Assembly (NCBI RefSeq): GCF_006345805.1 | Contig: NC_043018.1 | Span: 18,848,001 to 18,912,000, forward strand | DNA: 64,000 bases | Direction: 5' to 3' | Source: Octopus sinensis | Taxonomy: Eukaryota | Shown here: piece by piece, positions 25,855 through 40,356 of the stretch | Layout: each line of letters starts with the position of its first letter | Position numbering within the stretch: position 1 is the first letter of the stretch | Made by a program: the position numbers and the translations under genes | Notes under the pieces: generated by a model | Databases searched by the model: none | Told to the model about the DNA's origin: nothing | Seen by the model: only the letters and a program-made list of their open reading frames with translations

Positions 25855-26190
25855 CAACATCATCATCATTTAACGTCCATTTTCCATGCTAGCATGGGTT
25901 GGACGGTTCGACTGGGGTCTGGTAAGACATGGAGGCTGCACCAGGCTCCAGCCTGATCTGGCAGTGTTTCTACAGCTGGATGCCCTTCCTAACGCCAACC
26001 ACTCCGTGAGTGTAGTGGGTGTTTTTTACGTGCCACCGGCACAGGGGCCAGGGGAGTCTGGCAAACGGCCACGATCGGTTGGTGCTTTTACGTGTCACCG
26101 GCACAGATGCCAGTCAGGTGGCGCTGGCATCTGCCGTGTTCTGACAGTGCTTTTTACATGTCACCGGCGCAGGTGTCTTAAATACAATTT
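25855..26190 (-). mobile_element. Family D retroposon
   Basis: (CAT)n-ttaacgtcc...ggatgcccttcctaacgcc plus ~50-bp tgcttttacgtg.caccggcac subrepeats. Confidence 0.85.
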
Positions 26191-26402
26191 CCATTTGATT
26201 TTTATTTTGATGTTGGTATTGACATACTTGACTCAATAGATCTCCTCGAAATCTATAGAAATACTTCTTACTTATCTGTTGAACTCTTTGGAAACCAGAA
26301 TTAAATGCAGGCATTACAGAACTTTGTGACTATCCAGAAAGGATTAGTTGACACAGCTTTGGTTGATGGAAACACTTTAGAGACGTAAAGAATGCAGCTT
26401 AC

Positions 26403-26447
26403 CTCGTATATTCGTCTTTCGAATTTTTCTTTATCTTTTACTTCTTT
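26403..26447 (-). CDS. INPP5F: SAC2/INPP5F-like exon C, 45-nt microexon (KEVKDKEKFERRIYE)
   Basis: Acceptor ttgttctttacag| and donor |gtaagc, phase 0/0. Resembles INPP5F KE.KEKEKLERRLLE and runs directly into ELLK of the next exon. Confidence 0.87.
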
Positions 26448-26587
26448 CTGTAAAGAACAAGCAAACACAACATGAAGGAACTAACGGTAAATGAATATGA
26501 AATGATAGGAGACGATGAATGGCAAACATGAAGCAAAAGAGATTACCAGAAATGTGAAATAATGGAACAACAAAAGATTGTAAAATA

Positions 26588-27155
26588 CGAGGGTGAGTCA
26601 GAAAGTAAAGCCATTTTGTTTAGGACAGGTATAATTACCAACACAGGAATATGTATCATACATCAAAATGAAGCTGGTCCTCTGTGGATCACATCCCTAT
26701 TTCTCAACATAGTCACTGTTTCTCTCAATAGCAATGTTCCACCTTTGAATGAGAGCATGTATCCCTGCCCAGTAAAATTCTGTTGACTGTTCTTTGAGCC
26801 ACTTCTTCACTACGGTTTTCACTTCCTCATCACTGGAATAATGTTTGCCTCTCAAACCCTCTTTCATGGGGCCGAAGAGATGATGGTCTGAAGGTGTTAA
26901 ATTATTCTAGTGATGAGGAAGTGAAAACTGTAGTGAAGAAGTCGTTCAAAGAACAGTCAACAGAATTTTACGAGGCAGGGATACATGCTCTCATTCGAAG
27001 GTGGAACATTGCTATTGAGAGAAACGATGACTATGTTGAGAAGTAGGGATGTGATCCACAGAGGACCAGCTTCATTTTGATGTATGACACATGTCCCTGT
27101 GTTGGTAATTATACCTGTCCTAAACAAAATGGCATTACTTTCTGACTCACCCTTG
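26588..27155. mobile_element. Mariner-derived fold-back MITE made of two inverted 3' ends
   Basis: TA on both flanks and arms of about 250 bp. The minus strand of the left arm reads PSDHHLFGPMKEGLRGKHYSSDEEVKTVVKKWL...RWNIAIERNSDYVEK*, which is a mariner transposase C-terminus. Confidence 0.9.
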
Positions 27156-28259
27156 TAAAAGAAAGAGAAAGATGGAAATGTGGTGAAATGTAAAAACTGA
27201 TGACAAAAACAGATCAAAATCAGATGACAACAATAAAATGTGAAATCAAAGAATGAAGAATAGAATATGAGATAAAATTGGTGACAGCAAAAAGAGATGT
27301 GAAATGAAAAAAGATAACAAAAAGATTGTATATATTACATATATGTGTGTGAATGCAACTGAGTCTGCATATTTCTATGGAAATGTGTGCGTGAATGTAA
27401 CTGAATCTGTAAAATTCTGTGCAAGATAATGTGTGAGTAGATATCTGTGAAAGGGAATGCAAGCATTCGTGTGTCTGTGAAAGGGAAGAAGTGAATACAT
27501 ATGTGAAAGTAGTGCATGTATACATGTGTGTGTATGTGTGTGTGTGAAAGGGAGAATATGTATAAGTGAAAAAGAGTGAATGTGTTTGCGTGAAAGGGAG
27601 TGCTTGTGTAAGTGAGAAATGAAGTGTGTACGTACATGTAGGTGTGTATAAACGTGAGTGCATGTGTTATGCAAGTCGTAGAAAATGAAGATATAAACAT
27701 CACCTGAGTAAAGTTTGGAACATTTATATTTAGAATTTCTTCTTCAAACATGAAAATGCACACAAACACAAACGCACAGTAGCATATAGATTTATACACA
27801 CTTTCATATATACACACACACAAACACCAGCATACACTGCAATAATTTAAACATACTCTCTTTCTAACTTTTACACTGATACACATAAGCATATTTTAAC
27901 AAAAGTAAGATAAAATTTAAAACCTTCAATCAATGAGACACTTGAAAACAAAAGCACAAAAGCAAACCCAAAAAAAATTGAAAAAATATGAAATTGGAAA
28001 ATTTCCCCGGTTTTTCTTCTGCATGAAGAACATATAGTTAAGTGCAGGCTAACATAATGTAATGAGTCAAAAAGAATACTTAATCCATTGAAATTCCCTC
28101 GTAGCGAGATGGAAAATCATTGGTGTTAATAAAAATTCTTGCTTATGAAGGAAAGGGAGAGAATTTCTAAATTTAAATTGATTAAAGATTAAATGAAGAC
28201 ACAGTTCAAAGAAAAACTATTCAGGATTATTTAATCTGTTGTTGCTGTTAATGTGTATG

Positions 28260-28306
<47 letters not shown>

Positions 28307-28379
28307 AATGCATATATAAATTAGTGTGTATATGTGAATGAGTGAGTGTGTGTGTGTATGTATGTGTGTATATATGTAC

Positions 28380-28417
<38 letters not shown>

Positions 28418-29909
28418 CTTATTTCTCAAAGAAATATATTTGAAAACAATTTTTTTTTAATAAAAAAAATTGGAAAAGAAAAAAAGACAATATTTCAATT
28501 CCAGGTAGAATTTGATAAAGATTGAATCAGCGAGAAAATAAAATCAAAAAAATAAGAATTAAAGACAAGAAAATATAATGACAGGAAAATAATGAAATAT
28601 TTCAAAGAGTATTAGAGGAGAATAATAGTAGCTCTCAAATATATTTCATGCTACTGTTCTCGCAAATTTTTGTCAAAAAAATATGGATAAAAAGAAAAAA
28701 TTAATGATTAAGGCATTGAAAGAGCTTCATGTAGAAAAGGTGTCAATGATTTTCATTCATGCCTGTGTTATGGTTCCTGAAGTAATTCGTTCCAGAAGAT
28801 GAAAGTCAAAAAAATGTAATAAATTATGTAATGATTTTTAAATAGTATTACGGAAGAAAGGTTTCAGTGACATTTCTCACGTATTTATGGCACTGTGTGT
28901 TTTTGTCTTTTTGTTGTTGTTTTTTTAAAAGATTGAAATATAAAAATAATATAAAATTAAAGATTTACGAAAATCTTAATAGTATTTCATACATATGCCA
29001 TTTCTCTTGTGGTAACTAGTTTCGAAAGATGGAAGCTTGAAAAACAAAAACAAAAACAAAAAACTCATAAAATATGTATTTCAAACAACACTCAAGAAAA
29101 ACAGAATCAGAGGCATGTATTCCTATCCAAGCTACAGGCATTGTGTTAATCCATTTATGAAGTTAGAGGGAAATAGAATTTAAAATTTAATAAAACTAGA
29201 ATGGAACTGTCAAAATTTATTAGGATCAGCAGAGAAATACATGCTTCGCTGTGAAGATTATTATTTTTCTGTTTGTTTGCTTTTTTAATACACTGAATAT
29301 TTGATAAGTAACATGCAATACTTGAAAAGATCAGCTTGTATTCTTGTATTCTTCAATTTTACCAAAGATGGAGAGAAAGGGAGAGACAGAGATAAAGAAG
29401 GACAGACAGACAGACAGAGCTGTGACAAAGAACAATGTTTTTGAAGAGTCTTCACTTGAAAGCTTGTTAGCTATAATTCAATATTCTCCAATTTCTATCT
29501 TCCAAAAGATTGTTAAGGAACTTCAGAAATAGTTTATAAGAAAAGGGAGCTGAGTTCTTCACATCTTTCAGGAACCACCATCAGAATAAAGAGTTGTATT
29601 TTCTTCCATCAAAATTGTTGTTTACCTCCATTTTAAAGCCCCATTCAATTGTAGATATTCCGGCTGTAATCATCCTAACTTTTTTTAATTTTTGAGGCAT
29701 AATGTATCAAGGACTACATCATCCAGTGAGTTCTTCATTTAAGAGAGAACAACCTGATCTAATGGAGATTTAGCTCTGATTTTTAACAGGCTGGGTGGCC
29801 ACTTTGAGACTTTGTTAGTCATTGGTGGTAATAGATATATTAAGTTTAATCCTTGTTAAAGCCCTTAATTAATTGTTCAAAACTATAACTCATTAGCAAA
29901 AGTGATTTT

Positions 29910-30066
29910 TCAATTCAATTCAATTCAATTTTTATTGGCTCAAAAAGCAAAAGCAAGGCCATGTAGGGGGACAGGGAGTTATGTGCAGGGAGGGTGGTCA
30001 TACAAAGAGTTCAGGCCATTTCTGGTCAAGAGAGACTTTGAACCGAGCGATCGTCGGCATCTTCAT
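29910..30066 (-). mobile_element. CR1-like LINE 3' end
   Basis: KMPTIARFKVSLDQKWPELFV*, then a short 3' UTR, aataaa and an (ATTGA)n tail. Confidence 0.6.
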
Positions 30067-30162
30067 CTGATTTAGACACCTTTCAGTCATTTAATTAACG
30101 AAATGACCTCTTGGATTGTTTATTTAACAAATCCATTTTGTGAATTGCTTATTTAATGAAAC

Positions 30163-30500
30163 ATCATCATCATCATCATCATCGTTTAACGTTCGTTCTC
30201 CATGCTAGCATGGGTTGGACGGTTCGACCGGGGATCTGGGAAGCCAGAAGGCTGCACCAGGCTCCAGTCTTATCTGGCAATGTTTCTACAGCTGGATGCC
30301 CTTCCTAACGCCAACCACTCCGTGAGTGTAGTGGGTGCTTTTTATGTGCCACCTGCACAGGTGCCAGGCGAGGCTGGCAATGGCTACGGTCGGATTGGTG
30401 TATTTTATGTGCCACCGGCACGGAAGCCAGTCGAGGCGGCACTGGCATCGGCCACGAGTCGGATAGTACTTTTTACGTACCACCAGACCAGGGATCCTGG
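30163..30500 (-). mobile_element. Family D retroposon
   Basis: Matches family D with subrepeats. Confidence 0.85.
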
Positions 30501-31080
30501 CTGGTTCAATTCGATTTCGATAAAGTTGAATGGGAACCAGTTCAACTAAGAATCGGTTCAAAACCATAGATTCTCTCTTCTACCAAAAGCTTTTTTATAT
30601 TCTATAGAGATCAGTACTTTTAACCAAAATTGGGTAACATTCATTCTTTCCCAAGGGTGTAAGAAGTCAGTAAAACAGAAGAGGATTTGCTTCTCAACTC
30701 TTTCTGTTATATTTATTTATTTATTTATTTATTCTTTTGATTTCCAAGAAACAGAAATAAACATTTGATGATTCGATGCCATTTGTATCAATCCTCACCA
30801 TTTAAGATCCATCCCTCTCACCTCACCTTCAACTGTTCTTTAAAGAGATAGTCTTTGACTGTGCAGGTTTTTGGTATACAGGGGCTGATTCCTATGAAGA
30901 ATTCAATCAACAACAAGCACCATTGTAGAACAGATGCCTTCTGCCAATATCCAAAAACAATCTATCTTATCACCAAGAAGAATGAAAGACAAAACTGACT
31001 TGGGGAGAATTGGAACTCATATTTTTTTTCCAACAGACTAACAATTTTGCCAAACAACTGCTACTACAGAAGAAGAAGAA

Positions 31081-31126
<46 letters not shown>

Positions 31127-31142
31127 CTAGTGATGATGATGA

Positions 31143-31432
31143 CTGAGAACTATCAAGAACTAGCCCAAGCGTTGAAGAAACTGGAAGACTGATGTGGCAA
31201 TTATTCCAGTGATAATTGGTGGACTTAGCACAGCATCCAAACTGCTGCCAAAGAGACTGAAGAACACAGGGAAATGAGGCTCGTATTGTTGATCTGCAGA
31301 AAAGTGCCAGCCTGTATCCTGCAAGAATCACAAGAAGGATTCTTGAAAACTGAGGAGACTTTCTCACCAATCTCCAAGACAACATCCCAGAGTAACTTCA
31401 GTAGAGTATAATAATTCTATAATAATAATAAT
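31143..31432 (+). mobile_element. R4/Dong-like non-LTR retrotransposon 3' remnant (RLE endonuclease C-terminus)
   Basis: YQELAQALKKL-(frameshift)-DVAIIPVIIGGL...DLQKSASLYPARITRRILEN*, followed by a (TAA)n tail. Confidence 0.7.
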
Positions 31433-32086
31433 CATTTCTGCTAATCTTGTCATAAGGCCAATAATTTTGAGAGGAGGGGCACATCAGTTACTAGATTGGC
31501 ACTAGTACTTGACTGGTACTTTATTTTATCAACTCTGAAAAATGAATAGCAAAGATGGCCTTCAAAGGGTCAATGCAATAGGAATAATGATAATAATAAA
31601 GGTGGTGCTCCAGCATGGCCACAGTCAAATGACTGAAACAAGTAAAAAAAGTAAAAGAATGGCAGATGGAAGATTTTAAAGAATCTCTTGAAGTAAGAGA
31701 AACATCTTAGAGGAAACTGACACAACAGAAAAATGGTACAGAGCACCTCGGAGTATAAGAGTACTTTGTGTGATACTCAAAGTATCATCAACCTCTTCTA
31801 CTTTCCTTCTTATTTAATACACATAAATAATTGCATGATTAATTAAGAACCAAATCGAATTTAATTCGGAAGTAACATCAAGTGGGGTGGCCACTGAAGG
31901 AAGATATTTCTCAAAAATAGCAAACAAACACAAAGAAAACTTAGAAATAAAAAAAAGAAAAACAAACACAAATTCCTTGAGCATTTTTTTCTGCTTAATT
32001 TTTAATTATTTTCTTTTATTATATTTCCCACCCACCACCACTTCCCACTTTGGTAAAATTGCAGGAATTAATTAATTTGTATTAAA

Positions 32087-34206
32087 ATTTTTGGAGCGAA
32101 AGATAAATTTTTCTTTCATTTTTGGAGCGAAAGATAAATTTTCTTTCATTTTGGAGCGAAAGATAAATTTTTCTTTCATTTTTGGAGCGAAAGATAAATT
32201 TTTCTTTCATTTTTGGAGCGAAAGATAAATTTTTCTTTCATTTTGGAGCGAAAGATAAATTTTTCTTTCATTTTTGGAGCGAAAGATAATTTTTCTTTCA
32301 TTTTTGGAGCGAAAGATAAATTTTTCTTTCATTTTTGGAGCGAAAGAAAATTTTTCTTTCATTTTTGGAGCGAAAGATAAATTTTTCTTTCATTTTTGGA
32401 GCGAAGATAAATTTTTCTTTCATTTTTGGAGCGAAAGATAAATTTTTCTTTCATTTTTGGAGCGAAAGATAAATTTTTCTTTCATTTTTGGAGCGAAAGA
32501 TAAATTTTTCTTTCATTTTTGGAGCGAAAGATAAATTTTTCTTTCATTTTTGGAGCGAAAGATATTTTTCTTTCATTTTTGGAGCGAAAGATAATTTTTC
32601 TTTCATTTTTGGAGCGAAAGATAAATTTTTCTTTCATTTTTGGAGCGAAAGATAAATTTTTCTTTCATTTTTGGAGCGAAAGATAAATTTTTCTTTCATT
32701 TTTGGAGCGAAAGATAAATTTTTCTTTCATTTTTGGAGCGAAAGATAAATTTTTCTTTCATTTTTGGAGCGAAAGATAAATTTTTCTTTCATTTTTGGAG
32801 CGAAAGATAAATTTTTCTTTCATTTTTGAGCGAAAGATAAATTTTTCTTTCATTTTTGGAGCGAAAGATAAATTTTTCTTTCATTTCTGGAACGAAAGAT
32901 AAATTTTTCTTTCATTTCTGGAGCGAAAGATAAATTTTTCTTCATTTTTGGAGCGAAAGATAAATTTTTCTTTCATTTTTGGAGCGAAAGATAAATTTTT
33001 CTTTCATTTTTGGAGCGAAAGATAAATTTTTCTTTCATTTTTGGAGCGAAAGATAAATTTTCTTTCATTTTTGGAGCGAAAGATAAATTTTTCTTCATTT
33101 TTGGAGCGAAAGATAAATTTTTCTTTCATTTTTGGAGCGAAAGATAAATTTTTCTTTCATTTTTGGAGCGAAAGATAAATTTTTCTTTCATTTTTGGAGC
33201 GAAAGATAAATTTTTCTTTCATTTTTGGAGCGAAAGATAATTTTTCTTTCATTTTTGGAGCGAAAGATAAATTTTTCTTTCATTTTGGAGCGAAAGATAA
33301 ATTTTTCTTTCATTTTTGGAGCGAAAGATAAATTTTTCTTTCATTTTTGGAGCGAAAGATAAATTTTTCTTTCATTTTTGGAGCGAAAGATAAATTTTTT
33401 TTCATTTTTGGAGCGAAAGATAAATTTTTCTTTCATTTTTGGAGCGAAAGATAAATTTTTCTTTCATTTTGGAGCGAAAGATAAATTTTTCTTTCATTTT
33501 TGGAGCGAAAGATAAATTTTTCTTTCATTTTGGAGCGAAAGATAAATTTTTCTTTCATTTTTGGAGCGAAAGATAAATTTTCTTTCATTTTGGAGCGAAA
33601 GATAAATTTTTCTTTCATTTTTGGAGCGAAAGATAAATTTTTCTTTCATTTTGGAGCGAAAGATAAATTTTTCTTTCATTTTTGGAGCGAAGATAAATTT
33701 TTCTTTCATTTTTGGAGCGAAAGATAAATTTTTCTTTCATTTTTGGAGCGAAAGATAAATTTTTCTTTCATTTTTGGAGCGAAAGATAAATTTTTCTTTC
33801 ATTTTTGGAGCGAAAGATAAATTTTTCTTTCATTTTTGGAGCGAAAGATAAATTTTTCTTTCATTTTGGAGCGAAAGATAAATTTTTCTTTCATTTTTGG
33901 AGCGAAAGATAAATTTTTCTTTCATTTTTGGAGCGAAAGATAAATTTTTCTTTCATTTTTGGAGCGAAAGATAAATTTTTCTTTCATTTTTGGAGCGAAA
34001 GATAAATTTTTCTTTCATTTTTGGAGCGAAAGATAAATTTTTCTTTCATTTTTGGAGCGAAAGATAAATTTTTCTTTCATTTTGGAGCGAAAGATAAATT
34101 TTTCTTTCATTTTTGGAGCGAAAGATAAATTTTTCTTTCATTTTTGGAGCGAAAGATAAATTTTTCTTTCATTTTTGGAGCGAAAGATAAAGTTTTCTTT
34201 CATTTT
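32087..34206. repeat. 31-bp tandem satellite (tttttggagcgaaagataaatttttctttca)n, about 68 copies
   Basis: Directly visible. Variation is almost entirely single-base homopolymer indels. Confidence 0.97.
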
Positions 34207-34318
34207 TTTTCTTTTTTTAACTGAAATAAAATGTAAACAGACAGGAAAGTTCCAAATCTTCAAACACACACACCACACACACACACACACATACTTATAT
34301 AAACACACACACATGCAT

Positions 34319-34364
<46 letters not shown>

Positions 34365-34391
34365 ACGTGTGTGTGAGTGTATATATATCAT

Positions 34392-34443
<52 letters not shown>

Positions 34444-34623
34444 ATATACACACATGATCACTTAATATATATGCACACATATAAATGCATATATACATAA
34501 TATCATTATATATACATAAATATATATATTTATACATATTTATAAATACACGTGTATATATAAAACATCAATATACACATAAATATATATATATATATAT
34601 ATAATATATGAATATATATACAC

Positions 34624-34663
<40 letters not shown>

Positions 34664-35055
34664 TGTATGTCTGTGTGTCTTTGCATGCATATTTGAACGT
34701 GGTAGATGTTATATTACTTTTTTAAAATTGTTTTCGTGTCATGCTTAATGCTTAATTAAATACAATTAAAGGAAATTCAAACTAATAAACATATTGTTGC
34801 ACTTCTTCTTCTTCTTCTTGTTATTGTTGTTAAGAGATTTTCGCCCTGTCTTATTTCCATTTTTTCTTTATTTTCCATTTTTTGCCAAACAAACATTAAA
34901 GATGTACCAATAACTCCACTTTGAAGATACACTTCCACTTAGAACTCATTAAGTTGTTATTAATTATTATTATTATTATTATTTTTTTTTTTTCTTCTTT
35001 CAAATTTGCTTCCATTTCTTGCCGAGTGTCTTCCCGACTCCTAGGGCAAAGAAAC

Positions 35056-35087
<32 letters not shown>

Positions 35088-35127
35088 TATTATTATTATT
35101 ATTATCATCATCATTATTATTATTATA

Positions 35128-35720
35128 AAGTGGCAAGCTGGCAGAATCATTAGCGCGCTGGGTAAAATGCTTAGCAGTATTTCATCTGCCGTTACGCTCA
35201 GAGTTCAAATTCCGCCGAGGTCGACTTTGCCTTTCATTCATACTTTCGGGGTCGATTAAATAAGTACCAGTTATGCACTGGGGTCGACGTAATCGACTTA
35301 ATCCGTTTGTCTGTCCTTGTTTGTCCTCTCTGTGTTTAGCCCCTTGTGGGTAGTAAAGAAATAGGTATTTCATCTGTCTTAATGCTCTGAGTTCAAATTC
35401 TGCCAAGGTCGACTTTGCCTTTCATTCATCCTTTCGGGGTCGATTAAATAAGTACCAGTTACGCACTGGGGTCGATGTAATCGACTTAATCCGTTTGTCT
35501 GTCCTTGTTTGTCCTCTCTATGTTTAGCCCCTTGCGGGTAGTAAAGAAATAGGTATTTCATCTGCTGCTATGCTCTGAGTTCAAATCCTGCTGAGGTTGA
35601 CTTTGTCTTTCACCCTTTCAGGGTCGATAAATTAGGCACCAGTTGAATACTGGGGTCGATGTATTCCACTCATCCCCTGCCCCAAAATTGCTGGCCTTGG
35701 GCCAAAGCTTGAGACTAATA
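35128..35720 (+). mobile_element. SINE family B tandem trimer
   Basis: A head followed by three ~190-bp units, each starting tttcatctg...ctgagttcaaat. Confidence 0.88.
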
Positions 35721-35756
35721 TTATTATTATTAAGGTAGTGAGCTGGCAGAATCGTT

Positions 35757-36178
35757 ACAGTGCGTTGCACTTGTGTGATACATATCCCTTTTCACTGAGT
35801 TGGTATTTAATGCCTGATCCTAGGCAGGGATGATTAGATTTTCAGTCTTCTTTTTAAGGTCACCCTTGCTGAGCCACCTCCATGATGCTTCCTGGTCTTT
35901 TAATTTGTTAGTTCCATGGTGGAACTGACCATGTAATTCCATACGGAATAGAGCTTCTTCTCTCTCATTGGCTATTCTTCATCGGAATTCATTAGCACTC
36001 TCAAGCCCATTTTTGGTAAATCTTTCTGCATTTACAGCATACTGCAGCAGGTCTTGTTTGCTGTTTTACTAAATATTCTGCCATGTTATTCTTTCACTGT
36101 TGATGCACTCTCGTACACTAACCAGCCCACGTCCACCTTTACATCTCTTCATGTAGAGCCTGTGTACGTTCATCCTAT
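35757..36178 (-). mobile_element. R4/Dong-like LINE internal remnant (RT thumb / post-RT region)
   Basis: RLYMKRCKGGRGLVSV...LHGQF...SWRWLSKGDLKKKTENLIIPA*DQALNT, with stops and a frameshift. Confidence 0.78.
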
Positions 36179-36186
36179 TATTATTA

Positions 36187-36527
36187 AGGTGGTGAGCTGG
36201 CAGAATTGTTAGCACACCAGGCAAAATGCTTAGCAGTATTTCATTCATCTTTATGTTCTGAGTTCAAATTCCACTGGGTTCGACTTTGCCTCTCATTCAT
36301 ATATTTGCCTCTCAAATTCAACAATTTGCTCAACTAAAGGTGGTGCTCCAGCATGGCCACAGTCAAATGACTTCTTTTAGTTTCCGTCTACCAAATCCAT
36401 TCACAAGGCTTTGGGCGGCCCAAGGCTATAGTAGAAGACACTTGCCCAAGGAGCTACGCAGTGGGACTGAACCCAGAACCATGCAGTTGGTAAGCAAGCT
36501 ACTAACCACACAGCCACTCCTGTGCCT
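36187..36527. mobile_element. Composite of a SINE B head (+), a SINE A 3' fragment (+) and a SINE A 5' half (-)
   Basis: Three recognisable SINE segments fused directly. Confidence 0.75.
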
Positions 36528-36558
36528 ATAATTTATCATCATCATCATCATCATCATC

Positions 36559-36593
<35 letters not shown>

Positions 36594-36697
36594 TAATTTT
36601 TATATATATATATAATTTCAATTATATATAATTATATAATTTATATAATTATATATATAAATTATAACTACATTTTATATATATATATAATTTGAAT

Positions 36698-36732
<35 letters not shown>

Positions 36733-37069
36733 ATGTATGTATGTATGTATGTATACACTGTTGCCCAGTTTATATCCTCCAAGAAACTATACACACCATA
36801 ATTATCGCCTCCAAAGCCATTCATTTCTATTCCACCTAACTCGCCAGTACCCTCAACTACCCACCTGGTGTGAATGTACCCCCAGCTGTTTCAAACTAAC
36901 AAAGCACGACCATACCCCTTCCATTATTTTCCATCAGCAAACCCCAAAAGTGACACCCCCTCCCCCATATTAAACAGACCCTCTTACCTCTCTTGCCTTA
37001 TGAACCTCACTTCTGTGAAAAGATGTTATATGTTAATGATGCCTGTAATAAATGATTTACAAAATTCAT

Positions 37070-37083
37070 ACACACACAACACA

Positions 37084-37121
<38 letters not shown>

Positions 37122-37930
37122 TACACACACACACGCAGATACACACACACACATCATGTGCACATACAAATATGTATACACATAGATATACATAGGGATA
37201 TATTATGTGTGTATATATATATAAATTTATATATGTATATATATACACACATAATGGTATACTACAGATATATTTACATATATATATACACACATATAAT
37301 GACATACACACAGAAATATATGTTTTGTGAACACATACACGGAGTACAAACAGTTATGAGTAAACACACCACAGATATACATATATATATATACACTCAC
37401 ATACATCCATCCATCCATCCATCCATCCATACATACATACATACATACATACATCCATCCATCCATCCATACATACATACACACACACACACATCATGTG
37501 CACATACAAATATGTATACACATAGATATACATAGGGATATATTATGTGTGTATATATATATAAATTTATATATGTATATATATACACACATAATGGTAT
37601 ACTACAGATATATTTACATATATATATATACACACATATAATGACATACACACAGAAATATATGTTTTGTGAACACATACACGGAGTACAAACAGTTATG
37701 AGTAAACACACCACAGATATACATATATATATACACTCACATACATCCATCCATCATCCATCCATCCATACATACATACATACATACATACATACATCCA
37801 TCCATCCATCCATACATACATACACACACACACACACGTACGTACGTATGTACGTACATACATACATACATACATACATACATACATACATACATACATA
37901 CATACGTACATACATACATACATACATACA

Positions 37931-37964
<34 letters not shown>

Positions 37965-38352
37965 CATACATACATACATACGTACATACATACATACATA
38001 CATACATACATACATACATACATACATACACTCACACACAGTGTGTAAAGGTGTATATTATATTATATACCAGAAATACAACAACAGTGAAATATAATTG
38101 AGAAAAAAGAGTTGAGACTGAATGGTGGAATGGACAGAGAGACAGACAGAAAGGTAAAGATAGACAGAAAGATACATAGCATAAGAGAGAGGGCGAGAAA
38201 GAGAGGGAGCAGACAGGCAGAAATGGTAGACAGAGATAGATAGATACAAAGATAAACAAAAAGAGATAACTAGAGAGAAAGAGAGAGATGGGGAGAGACA
38301 GAGACAGACAGGCACACACACAGAGGGAGGGAGTTCAATAGATAAATAGATT

Positions 38353-38442
<90 letters not shown>

Positions 38443-38489
38443 GCAAAAGAAAGAGAGAGAGAGAGGTCAATGGATAGACAGATAGACAA

Positions 38490-38574
<85 letters not shown>

Positions 38575-38623
38575 TAGACAGATAGGTAGACAGAAAGACA
38601 GATAGGTAGACAGATAGGTAGAC

Positions 38624-38665
<42 letters not shown>

Positions 38666-38718
38666 GTAGGTAGGTAGGTAGGTAGGTAGGTAGGTAGGTA
38701 GGTAGGTAGGTAGGTAGG

Positions 38719-38785
<67 letters not shown>

Positions 38786-38990
38786 GTAGGTAGGTAGGTA
38801 GGTAGGTAGGTAGGTAGGTAGATAGGTAGGTAGGTAGGTAGATAGATATAGATAGATAGATAGGTAGGTAGGTAAGCAGATAGGTAGATAGACAGACAGA
38901 TGAACAAATAGATAGGTAGACAGTTACAGAGGTAAGCAGGGAGAGAGAAGAGCAAAGGAGAAGGTAGAAGAAATCTTACCTGAATACACA

Positions 38991-39021
<31 letters not shown>

Positions 39022-39940
39022 CAAATACACACACACACGCAGATACACACACACACACATCATGTGCACATACAAATATGTATACACATAGATATACATA
39101 GGGATATATTATGTGTGTATATATATATAAATTTATATATGTATATATATACACACATAATGGTATACTACAGATATATTTACATATATATATATACACA
39201 CATATAATGACATACACACAGAAATATATGTTTTGTGAACACATACACGGAGTACAAACAGTTATGAGTAAACACACCACAGATATACATATATATATAC
39301 ACTCACATACATCCATCCATCATCCATCCATCCATACATACATACATACATACATACATACATCCATCCATCCATCCATACATACATACACACACACACA
39401 CACGTACGTACGTATGTACGTACATACATACATACATACATACATACATACATACATACATACATACATACGTACATACATACATACATACATACATACA
39501 TACATAACATACATACATACATACATATATACATACATACATACATACGTACATACATACATACATACATACATACATACATACATACATACACTCACAC
39601 ACAGTGTGTAAAGGTGTATATTATATTATATACCAGAAATACAACAACAGTGAAATATAATTGAGAAAAAAGAGTTGAGACTGAATGGTGGAATGGACAG
39701 AGAGACAGACAGAAAGGTAAAGATAGACAGAAAGATACATAGCATAAGAGAGAGGGCGAGAAAGAGAGGGAGCAGACAGGCAGAAATGGTAGACAGAGAT
39801 AGATAGATACAAAGATAAACAAAAAGAGATAACTAGAGAGAAAGAGAGAGAGAGGGGGAGAGAGAGAGAGACAGACAGGCACACACACAGAGGGAGGGAG
39901 TTCAATAGATAAATAGATTGATAGATAGATAGATAGATAC

Positions 39941-40009
<69 letters not shown>

Positions 40010-40077
40010 GCAAAAGAAAGAGAGAGAGAGAGGTCAATGGATAGACAGATAGACAAATAGATAGATAGATAGATAGG

Positions 40078-40149
<72 letters not shown>

Positions 40150-40198
40150 TAGACAGATAGGTAGACAGAAAGACAGATAGGTAGACAGATAGGTAGAC

Positions 40199-40236
<38 letters not shown>

Positions 40237-40293
40237 GTAGGTAGGTAGGTAGGTAGGTAGGTAGGTAGGTAGATAGGTAGGTAGGTAGGTAGG

Positions 40294-40356
<63 letters not shown>

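Noticed and set aside
32087-34206. CRISPR-like array of palindromic 31-bp repeats
   Set aside because: There are no unique spacers and no cas genes, and the context is a eukaryotic intron.
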